Assembly (NCBI GenBank): GCA_963757745.1 | Contig: CAVWSG010000007.1 | Location: 490,932-554,931, forward strand | DNA from: an uncultured delta proteobacterium | GTDB lineage: Bacteria > Myxococcota > Myxococcia > Myxococcales > Anaeromyxobacteraceae | Reading direction: 5' to 3' | DNA: 64,000 nucleotides | Shown here: one piece after another, positions 21,437 to 32,212 of the stretch | Layout of the letters: every line of letters begins with the position of its first letter | Position numbering within the stretch: position 1 is the stretch's first letter | Made by a program: the position numbers and the translations under genes | The notes under the pieces: generated by a model | The model's input: the letters and a program-made list of their open reading frames with translations, nothing else | Told to the model about the DNA's origin: nothing | The model's database searches: none

Positions 21437-24400
21437 GCTCTCGGTCCGACAGCCGGCCGGCGCCCGCGATGCCCGCGCCCCGAGCCGGGGCGAGCGAGCC
21501 CGGCGCAACCGTCCGGCCGCCGCTCGACGTCGCCGCCGCCCTGCGCGGAAGGAAGCTCCTCATCACCGGCGCCACCGGCTTCGTGGGCAAGGTGATGCTC
21601 TCGATGCTGCTCCACCGCTATCCCGGGGTGGGCCAGGTCTTCGTGCTGGTTCGGCCCGGCACCGGCGGCACCCCCGACGCTCGCTTCTTCGGCAAGGTGG
21701 CCGAAGGGCGTCCCTTCGACCCGGTGCGCGCCCAGCACGGCGAACGTTACGCTGCGTTCATGCGCGAGAAGTGCGTGCCGCTGGCCGGCGACGTCACCCA
21801 CCCCATGCTCGGGCTCTCCGCCGCAGATCTAGCAGCGCCTGGAGGGGCTCGCCGCGGTGGTGAACTGCGCCGGCCTCGTCGACTTCAACCCCTCGCTCGA
21901 GCTGGCGCTCAACGTGAACGTGGCGGGCGCCGCCCACGGGGCCGAGCTGGCCAAGGCCGCCGGCTCCGTCCTCATCCACGTCTCCACCGCCTTCGTGGCC
22001 GGCAACCGAAGCGGCGTGGTCTTCGAGGACGAGCCCATCGAGGGCTACTTCCCCAGGCGCGGCGACGTGGAGGGCCGGCCCTCGCAGGACGACCGCGAGG
22101 CGCGCGACCCGCGCGACTTCGACCTCGACCGGGAGATCGCCGACTGCCAGCGCGCCATCGCCCGCGTGCGGCAGGAGGTGGACGACGCCGCCGTGGTGGC
22201 CGAGCTGCGCGCCCGGGCCCAGGAGCGGCTTCGAGGCGAGGGACGCGGCCGGGGCGACGAGAAGGCGGAGCGGCTCGCGCTGGGGCGGGAGAAGCGCCTG
22301 TGGATCTCGCAGCGGCTGGTGGCGCTGGGGATGGAGCGCGCCAGGGCCTGGGGCTGGCCCAACACCTACACCTACACGAAGAGCCTGGGCGAGCAGGCCA
22401 TCGTGAGGAGCGGCGGGCGACACGTCCTGGTGCGCCCCTCCATCGTGGAGACGGCCCTGCGCTACCCCTTCCCCGGCTGGAACGAGGGGTTCACCACCAG
22501 CGCGCCGCTCGCCTTCCTGGGCCTGAAGGGCCACCGCGTCTACCCGATGGGCGAGCGGACCATCCTCGACATCGTTCCGGTCGACCTCATCGCCGCAGGC
22601 ACCCTCGCCGTCATGGCCGAGGCCATCGGCGGAGCGCCCGAGCGCGTCTACCACCTCGCCTCGGGCGACGTGAACCCCTTCTACGCGCGGCGCACCGTGG
22701 AGCTCGTGGGCCTCCACCGCCGCCGCATCTTCCTCCGCCGCGAGTCGGGCCAGAAGCTCGTGAACCAGCTCCGCGCGCGGGTGGAGCCCTACTCGGTCTC
22801 GCGCGCCCACTACCGCGCGTTCAGCACGCCGGCGCTCACCCGCCTGGCGGGCGCCGCCGCCAGGTTCCTGCGCGAGGAGGGGCGGCAGTGGGGCGCGCCG
22901 CGCCTCTCCGCGCTGGCGAGCCGCGCCGCCGACGCCGCCGACGAGGTGGAGAGCAAGCTCGCCCAGACCGAGCTGCTCTTCGACCTCTTCATGCCCTTCA
23001 TCTGGGACAACCGGTACCTCTTCCGCTGTGCCCACATGCGGGAGCTCTTCGGCCGGCTTTCCCCCGAGGACCAGGCCCGGCTCCCCTGGGATCCCCACGC
23101 CATCGACTGGCGCTCCTACTGGCTCGACGTCCACCTGCCGGGCATGGAGGAGTGGGTCTTCCCCGGGCTGGAGGAGGAGTCGAAGCGCAAGGTGCACGGC
23201 GTGCGGACCCACCGCGACCTCCTGGAGCTCTTCCAGGCCTCCTGCCAGACGCACCGGCAGCGGGTGGCGGTGCGGATGAGCGGCTCGCGCAAGGAGCGCT
23301 ACACCTTTGGTGAGCTCCGCGCGGCCGCCGAGCGGATGGCGGGCAGTCTTGCCGCGGCCGGCGTGGCGAAGGGCGACCGGGTCCTGCTGGTGAGCGAGAA
23401 CCGGCCCGAGTGGCCGGTGGCCTTCTTCGGCATCCTGATGGCCGGCGGGGTGGTGGTGCCCGTCGACGCGCAGGCCCCCGAACCGGAGGTCGAGAACCTG
23501 GCCCGCAGCTCGGGCGCGAAGGCGGCGCTCCTCTCCGACGAGGTCGAGCTGCGCCTCGAGGAGCTCGCCGCACGCTGGCAAGGTGGCGCCGGACCGCAGG
23601 TTCTCCCGCTCGCCGAGGCGCTGGCGGGAGACCCGGCGCGGGCACCCCGCGTCGCGCCCCCCGGGGCCGAGGAGGTGGCGGCGCTCCTCTACACCAGCGG
23701 CACCTCCTCGGCCCCCAAGGGCGTCCTCCTCACCCACCGCAACTTCACCAGCCTGGTGGCGAAGCTGGCGAGCCTCTTCGACGTGGGGCCGGGCGACGCC
23801 CTCCTCTCGGTGCTCCCGCTCCACCACACCTTCGAGCTCACCTGCGGCATGCTCGTGCCCTTCTCGCGCGGCGCCGAGGTGGAGTACCTCGACGAGATCA
23901 CCGTCGACACGCTGGGTGATGCCCTGGAGAGCGGCCGCATCACCGCCATGATCGGGGTGCCGGCGCTCTGGTCGCTCCTGCACCGGCGCATCACGCAAGA
24001 GCTGGCGGCGCGGCCAGCCTGGGTGGAGGGTACGGCGAAAGCGCTCATGGGCGCCCACGGCAGCCTCCGCGAGCGGCTCGGCGTGAACCTCGGCAAGCTC
24101 CTCTTCTGGCCGGTTCACCGGCGGCTGGGCGGGCGGCTCAGGCTCCTCGTCTCCGGTGGCTCGGCGCTCGACCCCGCCGTGCAGAAGGCCTTCCACGAGC
24201 TGGGCCTCGATCTCCAGGAGGGGTACGGCCTCACCGAGGCGGCGCCGGTGCTCGCCGTCGCGAACCCGCGGGAGGACGGACTCGCGGCTGGGGTGGGCCA
24301 CGCCATCCCCGGGGTCGAGCTGCGCATCGACGCGCCCGACGCGTCCGGCGTGGGCGAGGTGCTGGCCCGGGGGCCGAACGTGATGCTCGGCTACGCGCGC

Positions 24401-25936
24401 GCTGGCGCTTCTTCACCCGAGGTGGACGAGGCGCTCACCGGGGAGGTGCTCTCGGACGGCTGGCTCCGCACCGGCGACCTGGGGCGGCTCGACGCGGCCG
24501 GGCGGCTCGTCCTGTGCGGCCGCAAGAAGGACCTCATCCTCTCCGCCGACGGACACAACGTCTACCCCGACGACGTGGAGGAGCTGTACCGCTCCGAGGA
24601 TCTCCTGAAGGAGCTCTCGGTGGTGGGCCTCCGCGAGGGCGGTCCCGGGGCGGGTGGCGAGGAGGCGGGCCTGCACGAGCGCGTGGCCATGCTGGCGGTG
24701 CCCGCCTGCCGGGGAAGGGAGCGCGCCGCGGTGCACCAGCTCATCGAGGCACACGTGAGGGAGGTCTCGGCGCGCCTGCCCTTCCACCAGCGGGTGAAGG
24801 TGTGGCACCTCACCGAGGTGGAGCTGCCCCGCACCGCCACGCGCAAGGTGAAGCGCGACTTCGTGGCCACCGAGCTGGCGCGCCTGGAAGCGCTGGCCCG
24901 GCGGCCGGAGCGACCCGAGGGCGCTCGCCCCGCGGGCGGCGACGCCTGGCTCCTCGACCTGGTGGCGGAGGTCTCCCGGCGCGCCCGCGATTCGGTCCGC
25001 CTCTCCTCGAAGCTCGGAGGCGACCTCGGCTTCGACTCGCTCATGCTCACCGAGCTCGCCGCCGCGCTGGAGCAGGCCGGGGCACCCGCGACCGTCACCG
25101 AGCACCTCCAGTCGTACGACACGGTGGCGGATCTCTCGCGGGCGGTGAGCGCCTCGATGCCCCAGGTGGCGGCCCGCCACGCGGTGCAGGTCACGGACCC
25201 CGCCTCGACCGGCGGCGCCGCCCGCGCTGGCGAGGAGCGGGCCGGAGAGCTCTTGGTCCCCGAGCCGGTCGCTGCGCTCGGGCGCCGGCTCCTGGGCCTG
25301 GGCCAGCGCATCCTCTACCGCGACGTCTACGCCACCACCGTGCGAGGCAAGGGATTCATCCCGCACGACCGCAACTTCCTGGTGGTGGCGAACCACCAGA
25401 GTCACCTCGACATGGGCCTGGTGAAGGTGGCGCTGGAGGAGGAGGGCTCGAAGCTGGTGGCGCTCGCCGCGGCCGACTACTTCTTCGACACGCCGCTCAA
25501 GCGCGCCTACTTCGAGAACTTCACCAACCTCATTCCCATGGATCGGGCGGGCTCGGTGCGCCGCAGCCTGCGCGCCGCCGTCGCCGCGCTCCGGCAGGGG
25601 CAGCACCTCCTCATCTTCCCCGAGGGCACCCGCTCGCGGGGCGTGGAGATGGCCTCCTTCAAGCCCACCGCCGGCTACCTCGCCCTGCACTGCGGGGTGG
25701 ACACCCTGCCCGTCTTCCTCCGCGGCACGCACGAGGCGCTCCCGGCCGAGTCGCTCCTGCCGCGCTCGGCCAAGCTGGAGGTGATCATCGGGAGGCCCAT
25801 CTCGGTCTCGGAGCTGCGCCGGCAGACGGCGGAGCTTCCCAGGGGCGAGGCGCACAAGGAGGCGACCCGCATCATGGAGGCCGCCGTGCGCGCCCTGGGC
25901 GGTCCGGCCGGCGGCACGGCCGGAGGACTCCCGTGA
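21433..25936 (+). CDS. Multidomain lipid enzyme, ElbD-like (about 1500 aa), one frame interruption near 21833-21841. Domains in order: fatty acyl-CoA reductase (NAD-binding), AMP-dependent acyl ligase, acyl carrier protein, lysophospholipid (AGPAT) acyltransferase
   Basis: FAR: [19 protein letters not shown]...VNCAGLVDF...[13 protein letters not shown]-binding: [21 protein letters not shown]...[30 protein letters not shown]-binding: [22 protein letters not shown]: [13 protein letters not shown]...[11 protein letters not shown]. Confidence 0.85.
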
Positions 25937-26928
25937 AGCTGCTCGTCACCGGTGGCACCGGCTTTCTCGGCTCCGCGCTGGTGCCCCTGCTCGTGCAGGC
26001 CGGGCACGCCGTGCGCGTCCTCGCCCGCGGCGACTCCGAGGAGGCGCGGGCCTCCGGCGTGGAGGTGGTGAGCGCCTCGCTGGAGGACCGCCCCGCCGTG
26101 CGCGCGGCGCTCCGGGGCGTGGAGGCGGTGTTCCACCTGGCGGGCCGGGTGGCCTTCGACGCCCGCGACCCGCAGGCCCTGTACCGGCTTCACGTGGAGT
26201 GCACGCGGACCCTCCTCGAGGACGCGCACGCCGCCGGGGTGGGCCGCATGGTGATGGCCTCCACCTCGGGGACCATCGGCATCTCGCGCGAGGAGAAGGT
26301 GCACGACGAGTCGGACCGCCACCCGATCCAGGTGGTGGCGCGCTGGCCCTACTACCTCTCCAAGATCTACCAGGAGAAGACCGCGCTCCGGTTCCACCGC
26401 GACACCGGCTTTCCGGTGGTGGCGCTGAACCCCTCGCTCCTGCTCGGACCCGGCGACGCGCGCCTCTCCTCCACCGACCTCGTCTTCAAGTTCCTGGAGC
26501 GGCGCATCCCGGCCATGCCCGGGGGCGGCCTCTCCTTCGTCGACGTGCGCGACACCGCGGCGGCCTTCGCCTCCGCGCTCACCCGGGGGCGCCCCGGCGA
26601 GCGCTACCTCCTCGGCGGCGCCAACATGACCTTCGCCGACTTCTTCACCCGCCTGTCACGCCTCTCCGGCGTGCGGGCGCCCGTGCTGCGCCTCCCCTCC
26701 GGGCTCAGCGTGGCCGGGGCCGGGCTCCTCGAGCGCTTCCACACCTGGCGCGGCACCGAGCCGCCGCTCTCGGTGGAGGAGGTCGACATGGGCGAGCACT
26801 GGTTCTACATCGACAGCGGCAAGGCGCGCCGGGAGCTCGGCTTCACCTCGCGTGACCCCGGCGAGACCTTGCACGAGACGGTGAGCTGGCTCGACCGCCA
26901 CGTGCGGCAGGTGAGGAAGGACCGCTGA
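25934..26928 (+). CDS. NAD-dependent epimerase/dehydratase family protein (SDR)
   Basis: [20 protein letters not shown]...YYLSKIYQE; the GTG overlaps the upstream stop (GTGA). Confidence 0.85.
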
Positions 26929-26979
26929 ACGCGCTCGACCGGCCGTCGATGCGAAGGGCGACCTGGCTGGGACGGCGAA

Positions 26980-28266
26980 CTACGACAGGAACGCGGCGTC
27001 GATCTCGGCCACCTGCGCGGCGTCGATGGGGACGAGCTTCCCCAGAGCGCGGGAGGCGAGGAGCGCCTTGGCGCTGTACTCGGCCACCTCCAGGCGGTCG
27101 AAAGCGTTGAGGAGCGAGCTGCCGGTGACGATGACGCAGTCGTTCTCCACCAGCGCGAGCGGCCGCTCCGCGGTGAAGGCGGCGGCGGTGCCCTGCGGAT
27201 CCATGAAGGTGCAGCCGAAGGGCAGCTTCTCCACCTTCCGCAGCAGGATGTAGCTCTCGGGGATGGTGCGCGAGTCGAACGCCTCGCCGGTCACCGCGAA
27301 GGCCATGATGGCGGGCGGGTGGGCCACGATCACCGAGCGGACGTGCGGGTGGCGCGCGTAGATGGCCTCGTGCAGCACCACGGAGCGGCTCGGGAGCTTC
27401 CCCGCCTCGTGCGCGCCGCCCTCCACCCGGACGAGATCCTTCTCGGCGAGATAGCGGCGGTCGAAGCCGTAGGGCGTGATGATGAAGCCGCCTTCGGGGA
27501 GGCGCTGCGAGAAGGTGCCCTGGGTGCTGGTGAAGAGGAGCTGGTCGCAGGCGCGGCGGACGAGCTGGCACAGCTCGCGCCTGAGCGACCGCTCCTCGCT
27601 CGAGGCCGGGCGCGGCGGGAGCTCCGGCATCTGGACGTGCTGCTTGTGGCGTGAGAGGGCAATCTGCTCCTCGGAGAGGCCGCGCGGGGCGCCGATGCGC
27701 ACCGCCCCGAGCTCCAGCCGGGCGCAGAAGTCGAGCGTCTCGAAGGCCATGAAGGCGCGGAAGAGGTCCTCGCCGCCCACCACCGCCCCGTGGTTCTCGA
27801 GCAGCACCGAGTCGCACCCCCGGGCGAAGACGGCGGCGATCTTGGCGCCCAGGTCGGCGCTGCCGGGGAGGCCATAGGGCGCGAGCCCCACCTCGCCGCA
27901 GACGATGCGGGCGTTGGGGACGAGCGAGGTGTCGGGGAGCCGCCGGACGATGCTGAAGGCCACCAGCGCCGGCGGGTGAGCGTGGACGATGGCGCGGAGC
28001 TCGGGCCGGGCGGCGTAGATCTGCTGGTGAAAGGGCAGCTCCACCGACGGCTTGTGGATGCCCTCCACCGCGCCCCCCGGCCGCACCCGCATGACGTCAC
28101 GGGGGGTGAGCGAGCCCTTGTCGACGCCGCCGGGCGTGATCCACAGGTCGCCGTTCTCCTCCAGGATGGAGAGGTTCCCGCCCGAGGTGGTGGTCATGCC
28201 ATAGGCGTAGATGCGCTCCATGATCATGACGAGCTGCTCGGCGGGGTGCAGAAGGTCGAAATCCAT
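26980..28266 (-). CDS. Tandem (duplicated) class II aldolase/adducin-domain protein
   Basis: Two consecutive class II aldolase domains, each with the HxHxxH metal-ligand pattern (AIVHAHPPALVAF and SVIVAHPPAIMAF); no N-terminal extension. Confidence 0.8.
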   Translation of the reverse strand: MDFDLLHPAEQLVMIMERIYAYGMTTTSGGNLSILEENGDLWITPGGVDKGSLTPRDVMRVRPGGAVEGIHKPSVELPFHQQIYAARPELRAIVHAHPPALVAFSIVRRLPDTSLVPNARIVCGEVGLAPYGLPGSADLGAKIAAVFARGCDSVLLENHGAVVGGEDLFRAFMAFETLDFCARLELGAVRIGAPRGLSEEQIALSRHKQHVQMPELPPRPASSEERSLRRELCQLVRRACDQLLFTSTQGTFSQRLPEGGFIITPYGFDRRYLAEKDLVRVEGGAHEAGKLPSRSVVLHEAIYARHPHVRSVIVAHPPAIMAFAVTGEAFDSRTIPESYILLRKVEKLPFGCTFMDPQGTAAAFTAERPLALVENDCVIVTGSSLLNAFDRLEVAEYSAKALLASRALGKLVPIDAAQVAEIDAAFLS

Positions 28267-28320
28267 GGGCGCGGATCTAGGATCTCGCCTTCGCGGCCGC
28301 CCGCACTTCGAGAAGGCGGG

Positions 28321-29442
28321 CTACTTCCCCAGCGCGCGCACCAGCTCGTCGGTGACCCGCCGCACCAGCTCCTCCGCCTCGGGGTCGCGCCCGTCGGAGA
28401 CGCGCCCGGCGGCCACCGTGACGCCCGGCCGCCAGGAGAGGTTGTCGCAGAGCTCGCACTCCTTCAGCCCTTGCCGCGGGTCGGGGATCCCCAGGCCCTG
28501 CTTGATCTTGAGGAGATCCTGCACCTGCTTCGGCGCGATGAAGTTCGGCTCCTTGCCGAGCTGCGCGGTGACGAGCACCGTGCGGCAGTAAGCCTCCACG
28601 ATCTCCATCTTGAAGTAGGCGTCCTCCACGCCGAAGCCCCAGGCCACCACGCCGTGGTTCGCCATCAGGATGGTGTTGTGGCAGTCGGCGAGCTTCGCCA
28701 CCTCGTCGCCCATGCCCTGGGTGCCGGGCGTGAGGTAGGGCGCGATGGGCACCACCCCGCACATGACCTCCATCTCCGGGATCATGCAGGAGGGTGGCTG
28801 CACCCCCGAGACGGCGAAGCCGGTGGCGTGGGGGGGGTGGGCGTGCACGCAGGCCTTGGCCCTGGGCTGCGCCTTGTAGATGGCGAGGTGCATGAGCAGC
28901 TCGCTGGTGCGCCGCCTTCCGGGCGTCTTCTGCACGCCTTCCAGGTCCACCAGGCAGAGGTCCTCGGGCTTCATGAAGCCCTTCGAGACCAGTGTGGGGC
29001 TGCACAGCACGAGATCCTCGGCCACCCGGATGGAGATGTTGCCGCCGTTGCCGTCGACGTAGGCGCGCTGCCAGAGGCGCCGTCCGATGTCGCAGATCTC
29101 CAGCTTGTGCGCCTCGATGGCCGGCGAGCGGAAGAAGCGCTCGATCTCGCTGGGCGCCACCCTGGGGAGGGCGGGCGTGGCCGCGCTCGCAGGGGCGGCG
29201 GGCGCAGCGGAGGCCGCGGGCTTCTCGTAGGCCCCCCCGGCCGCCGGAGCGCCCACGCCGTTCGCCCTGGCTGCGGGAGCCGCGTGCGAGGGCGACAGGA
29301 CCATGGCCGCCCCGTTGCCGCGATCGCGCAGGAGGTCGCGCGCCGAGGGGGTGATGAGCGCGTCGGCGGGGATGGACTGGGCCAGGTCGGCCCCCTTGCG
29401 CAGCAGCTCTTCGACGTCGCGGGCGGAGATGACTCGTCTCAT
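28321..29442 (-). CDS. Class II aldolase (fuculose/rhamnulose-1-phosphate aldolase family) with an N-terminal ~110-aa extension that includes a candidate BMC encapsulation helix
   Basis: MRRVISARDVEELLRKGADLAQSIPADALITPSARDLLRDRG, then an Ala/Pro-rich linker, then an aldolase core (CVHAHPPHATGFAV, GVVPIAPY). Its ATG overlaps the BMC-P stop (ATGA). Confidence 0.8.
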   Translation of the reverse strand: MRRVISARDVEELLRKGADLAQSIPADALITPSARDLLRDRGNGAAMVLSPSHAAPAARANGVGAPAAGGAYEKPAASAAPAAPASAATPALPRVAPSEIERFFRSPAIEAHKLEICDIGRRLWQRAYVDGNGGNISIRVAEDLVLCSPTLVSKGFMKPEDLCLVDLEGVQKTPGRRRTSELLMHLAIYKAQPRAKACVHAHPPHATGFAVSGVQPPSCMIPEMEVMCGVVPIAPYLTPGTQGMGDEVAKLADCHNTILMANHGVVAWGFGVEDAYFKMEIVEAYCRTVLVTAQLGKEPNFIAPKQVQDLLKIKQGLGIPDPRQGLKECELCDNLSWRPGVTVAAGRVSDGRDPEAEELVRRVTDELVRALGK

Positions 29443-29738
29443 GATTTGGGCCTGTAGGTGACGTCGTCGACGATGGCCACGTCGATGGCGTCGATGGGGG
29501 TTTTCTGCGGGAAAGGCTGGGCCGCCTCGCGGCCCTCCACGAAGCCGATGGTGTCGCCCACGCCCGCGCCGAGGTCGTCGTAGACCACCAGCGAGGGCTC
29601 GCGGGAGAGGGGGGGCGGCTCCGCCCCCTGCTGCATGTGCTCGCGGTCGAATGGGCACACGAGGAAGAATCGGCCGCCGGTGAGGGCGGGCGAGGAGACG
29701 CTCAGGGTCACCCTCCCGACCACCTGCCCGAGCCTCAC
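29439..29738 (-). CDS. BMC vertex protein (BMC-P, EutN/CcmL/PduN family), copy 3
   Basis: (V)RLGQVVGRVTLSVSSPALTGGRFFLVCP...VVYDDLGAGVGDTIGFVEG...PIDAIDVAIVDDV; the GTG start overlaps the upstream BMC-P stop. Confidence 0.8.
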   Translation of the reverse strand: MRLGQVVGRVTLSVSSPALTGGRFFLVCPFDREHMQQGAEPPPLSREPSLVVYDDLGAGVGDTIGFVEGREAAQPFPQKTPIDAIDVAIVDDVTYRPKS

Positions 29739-30001
29739 GGGAGGCCTCGCTCGGGCTCGTCGACCACGCCCACGATCATGAGCCTCACCGGGCTCTTCGG
29801 GTCCTTCACCACCAGGCGCGCCCCGAGTCCGTCGGTGGAGACGATGACGCGGGAGTGCATCCCGGCGCCGTGGGGATCGATGGCCACCACCGCCGGTCCG
29901 TTGGGCGTGCCCTCGCCGTCGATGGGCTGGCAGAGGAGGAGCTTCCACCCGTCGAAGCTGGGGTGCTTGCGGGTGGCCACCACCTGGCCCTCGACGCGCA
30001 T
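29735..30001 (-). CDS. BMC vertex protein (BMC-P), copy 2
   Basis: MRVEGQVVATRKHPSFDGWKLLLCQPIDGEG...AVVAIDPHGAGMHSRVIVSTDG...VRLMIVGVVDE. It forms the C-terminal end of a long spurious ORF in the track. Confidence 0.8.
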   Translation of the reverse strand: MRVEGQVVATRKHPSFDGWKLLLCQPIDGEGTPNGPAVVAIDPHGAGMHSRVIVSTDGLGARLVVKDPKSPVRLMIVGVVDEPERGLP

Positions 30002-30012
30002 GAGCTGCACGG

Positions 30013-31518
30013 TCAGTAGATCCGAAGGTTCTCGGACATCACGCATCGACGGATGCGGGTGAAGGTGGCCGGGTTGGTGATGCCCTCCCCGGTGGGCGTG
30101 GCGATGGTGTAGGAGAGGTACCCCTCCCCACCCATGCCGAGGCCGGCCACCGACGGTCCGTTCTTCACGAAGAGCGTGGTGTCGAGCGCCCGCGCCATGG
30201 CGGTCATGCGGCTCACGTCGTGCGAGTGGATGATGGCGGTGTGGCGGAAGCCGTGCTCGGCGCGGAGCGAGCAGGCGATGCCCTCCTCCACCGACTTCAC
30301 CCGCACCACCGGGAGCACCGGCATCATCTGCTCCTCCATCACCCACAGGTCGTCGGCCGCCGTCTCGGCGAAGAGCACCTGCGTGTCGGCCGGCACCTGC
30401 GCGCCCGCCTCGCGGGCGAGGACGGTGGCGTCGCGGCCCACCAGGTCGCGGTTCACGCTGGCGTGGGAGCAGCCCGCCCCCTGCCCCTGCGGGAAGACGA
30501 AGGCGGAGCGGCTGAGCCGCTCGAGCTGCGAGGTGCCGAGTCGGAAGCCGCGCGCCCGCTCCATGGCCGCCATGAAGCGGTCGAACACCGGGGCGAGGAC
30601 GAAGATCTCCTTCTCGCCGATGCAGAGCAGGTTGTTGTCGAAGGCGGCGCCCTGCACGATCTTGCGGGCCGCCGCCTCGAGGTCGACGGTCTCGTCGACC
30701 AGCACCGGCGGGTTGCCTGGTCCGCCGCAGATGGCCCGCTTCGAGGACTGCATGGCCGCCTTCACCACGCCGGGGCCGCCGGTGATGCAGAGGAGCTTCA
30801 CGTGCTCGTTGGCGGTGAGCTCGGCAAAGCCCTCCAGGGTGGGCGCCTCGATGCAGCAGATGAGGTTCTCGATCCCCAGCTCGTGATGGATGGCCTCGTT
30901 GAAGGCGCGCACGGCCACGCTGGCGCAGCGCGCGGCGCCGGGGTGCGGGTTGAAGACGATGCCGTTCCCGCCCGCCACCATGCTCACCACGTTGCCGGCC
31001 AGCGTGGGGATGGAGTGGGTGGAGGGGGTGACCGCGCCGATGACGCCGAAGGGCGTGTGCTCCTCGAGGGTGATGCCGCCGTCGCCGGAGAGGCCGGTCG
31101 GGTGGAGGAACTCGACCCCGGGGACGTTCCGGACCACCTGCAGCTTCTCGATCTTGTGGTCGAGGCGGCCGATCTTCGTCTCCTCGAGCTCGAGGCGCCC
31201 CCACTCGGCGGCGTTGTCGTAGGTGATCTTCTTGACCAGCTCGATCACCCGCTGCCGGCCGGCGACGCCCTTCTCCCGGAGCTGCCGGAAGGCGGCGTCG
31301 GCCGCCTCGCACGCCTCGTCGACGTCGCCGAAGACGCCGTAGTGGCGCCCGCCGCTCGCCTTGGCGCACGTCCCGGCGTGCGAGCAGGTCCCGCTCGCCG
31401 CCGGCTGGGTTGGTGCCGGGGCGCGCGCGACGCCGTTCTGGCCCGCGCCGCGCCCGAGCTGACCCAGGATCTCCTGGACGATGTCTCGGACCAGGGTTTC
31501 GTCGATGGCTGTTCTCAC
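30013..31518 (-). CDS. CoA-acylating aldehyde dehydrogenase (PduP/EutE-like) with an N-terminal encapsulation peptide
   Basis: (V)RTAIDETLVRDIVQEILGQLG amphipathic helix plus linker, then an ALDH core (VIGAVTPSTHSIPTL ... ICGGPGNPPVLVDE ... catalytic Cys in CIGEKEIFV). GAGGAG lies 5 nt before the GTG. Confidence 0.9.
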   Translation of the reverse strand: MRTAIDETLVRDIVQEILGQLGRGAGQNGVARAPAPTQPAASGTCSHAGTCAKASGGRHYGVFGDVDEACEAADAAFRQLREKGVAGRQRVIELVKKITYDNAAEWGRLELEETKIGRLDHKIEKLQVVRNVPGVEFLHPTGLSGDGGITLEEHTPFGVIGAVTPSTHSIPTLAGNVVSMVAGGNGIVFNPHPGAARCASVAVRAFNEAIHHELGIENLICCIEAPTLEGFAELTANEHVKLLCITGGPGVVKAAMQSSKRAICGGPGNPPVLVDETVDLEAAARKIVQGAAFDNNLLCIGEKEIFVLAPVFDRFMAAMERARGFRLGTSQLERLSRSAFVFPQGQGAGCSHASVNRDLVGRDATVLAREAGAQVPADTQVLFAETAADDLWVMEEQMMPVLPVVRVKSVEEGIACSLRAEHGFRHTAIIHSHDVSRMTAMARALDTTLFVKNGPSVAGLGMGGEGYLSYTIATPTGEGITNPATFTRIRRCVMSENLRIY

Positions 31519-31832
31519 GGTGCTCCTCGTGCGGAGTAGATGATCTTTCCGAGCACGTCGACCTCGTCGACGATGCCGATGATGACGGCGTCGACCGGGG
31601 CGCGGTCGAAGCCCGGCGCCAGGCGAGCCGAGCTCCCCTGGCAGAACAGCACCAGCTCACCCTCGCCGGCGCCCACGCTGTCGACCGCCACCACGGTGTT
31701 GGTCCCTGGGCGGAAGCGCGAAGGGTCGACGTCGTCGACGAGCTGCGGCCGCAGGAGCAGCAGCTTGCGGCCCGACATGGCGGGGTCTTTCTTGGTCGCC
31801 ACCACCGACCCCAAGACGCGCGCCAGGAACAT
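31515..31832 (-). CDS. BMC vertex protein (BMC-P), copy 1
   Basis: MFLARVLGSVVATKKDPAMSGRKLLLLRP...VVAVDSVGAGEGELVLFCQGSSAR...AVIIGIVDEV. Confidence 0.85.
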   Translation of the reverse strand: MFLARVLGSVVATKKDPAMSGRKLLLLRPQLVDDVDPSRFRPGTNTVVAVDSVGAGEGELVLFCQGSSARLAPGFDRAPVDAVIIGIVDEVDVLGKIIYSARGAP

Positions 31833-31837
31833 GGGGG

Positions 31838-32164
31838 CTACTTTCCCTTCGGCGAGGGGGCAGCGGGCGTCTCGGGCGGCGTGGCCGACCTGGGCAGCAC
31901 CTGGCCCACGTCGTCGTGCGGGCGGGCAATGACGTGCACCGAGGCCACCTTGCCGCCCACCGCGCGCGCCGCCGCGGCGCCGGCATCGGTGGCGGCCTTC
32001 ACCGCGGCCACGTCGCCCACCACCACCGCGGTCACGAGGCCGCTGCCCACGTGCATCATCGGACCGGCGAGCTGCACGTTGGCCGCCTTCAGCATGGCGT
32101 CCGTGCCCTCCACCAGGGCCACCAGGCCCACCGTCTCCAGCATCCCGATCGCTTGAATCGCCAT
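31838..32164 (-). CDS. BMC hexamer shell protein (BMC-H, PduA/EutM-like)
   Basis: [34 protein letters not shown]...[23 protein letters not shown]...SVHVIARPH. Confidence 0.9.
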   Translation of the reverse strand: MAIQAIGMLETVGLVALVEGTDAMLKAANVQLAGPMMHVGSGLVTAVVVGDVAAVKAATDAGAAAARAVGGKVASVHVIARPHDDVGQVLPRSATPPETPAAPSPKGK

Positions 32165-32212
32165 GTGTTCTCCCAGGGTGAAAGCTTCACGCCGTCGAAA
32201 GAGTTCCGTCCT

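Noticed and set aside
20134-23313. 1059-aa ORF in the track
   Set aside because: It is a composite: the middle of the LarA-like gene, then the true N-terminus of the ElbD-like gene, then out-of-frame read-through. It is not a single gene.
26925-26985. Rho-independent terminator between the convergent SDR and aldolase genes
   Set aside because: Only a weak 5-bp stem (tcgac-cggcc-gtcga) without a U-tract. It is not convincing.
29735-31660. 641-aa minus-strand ORF covering the aldehyde dehydrogenase region
   Set aside because: Only its last 88 codons (29735-30001) are real, forming a BMC-P. The rest is an Arg-rich alternative frame of the AldDH gene.
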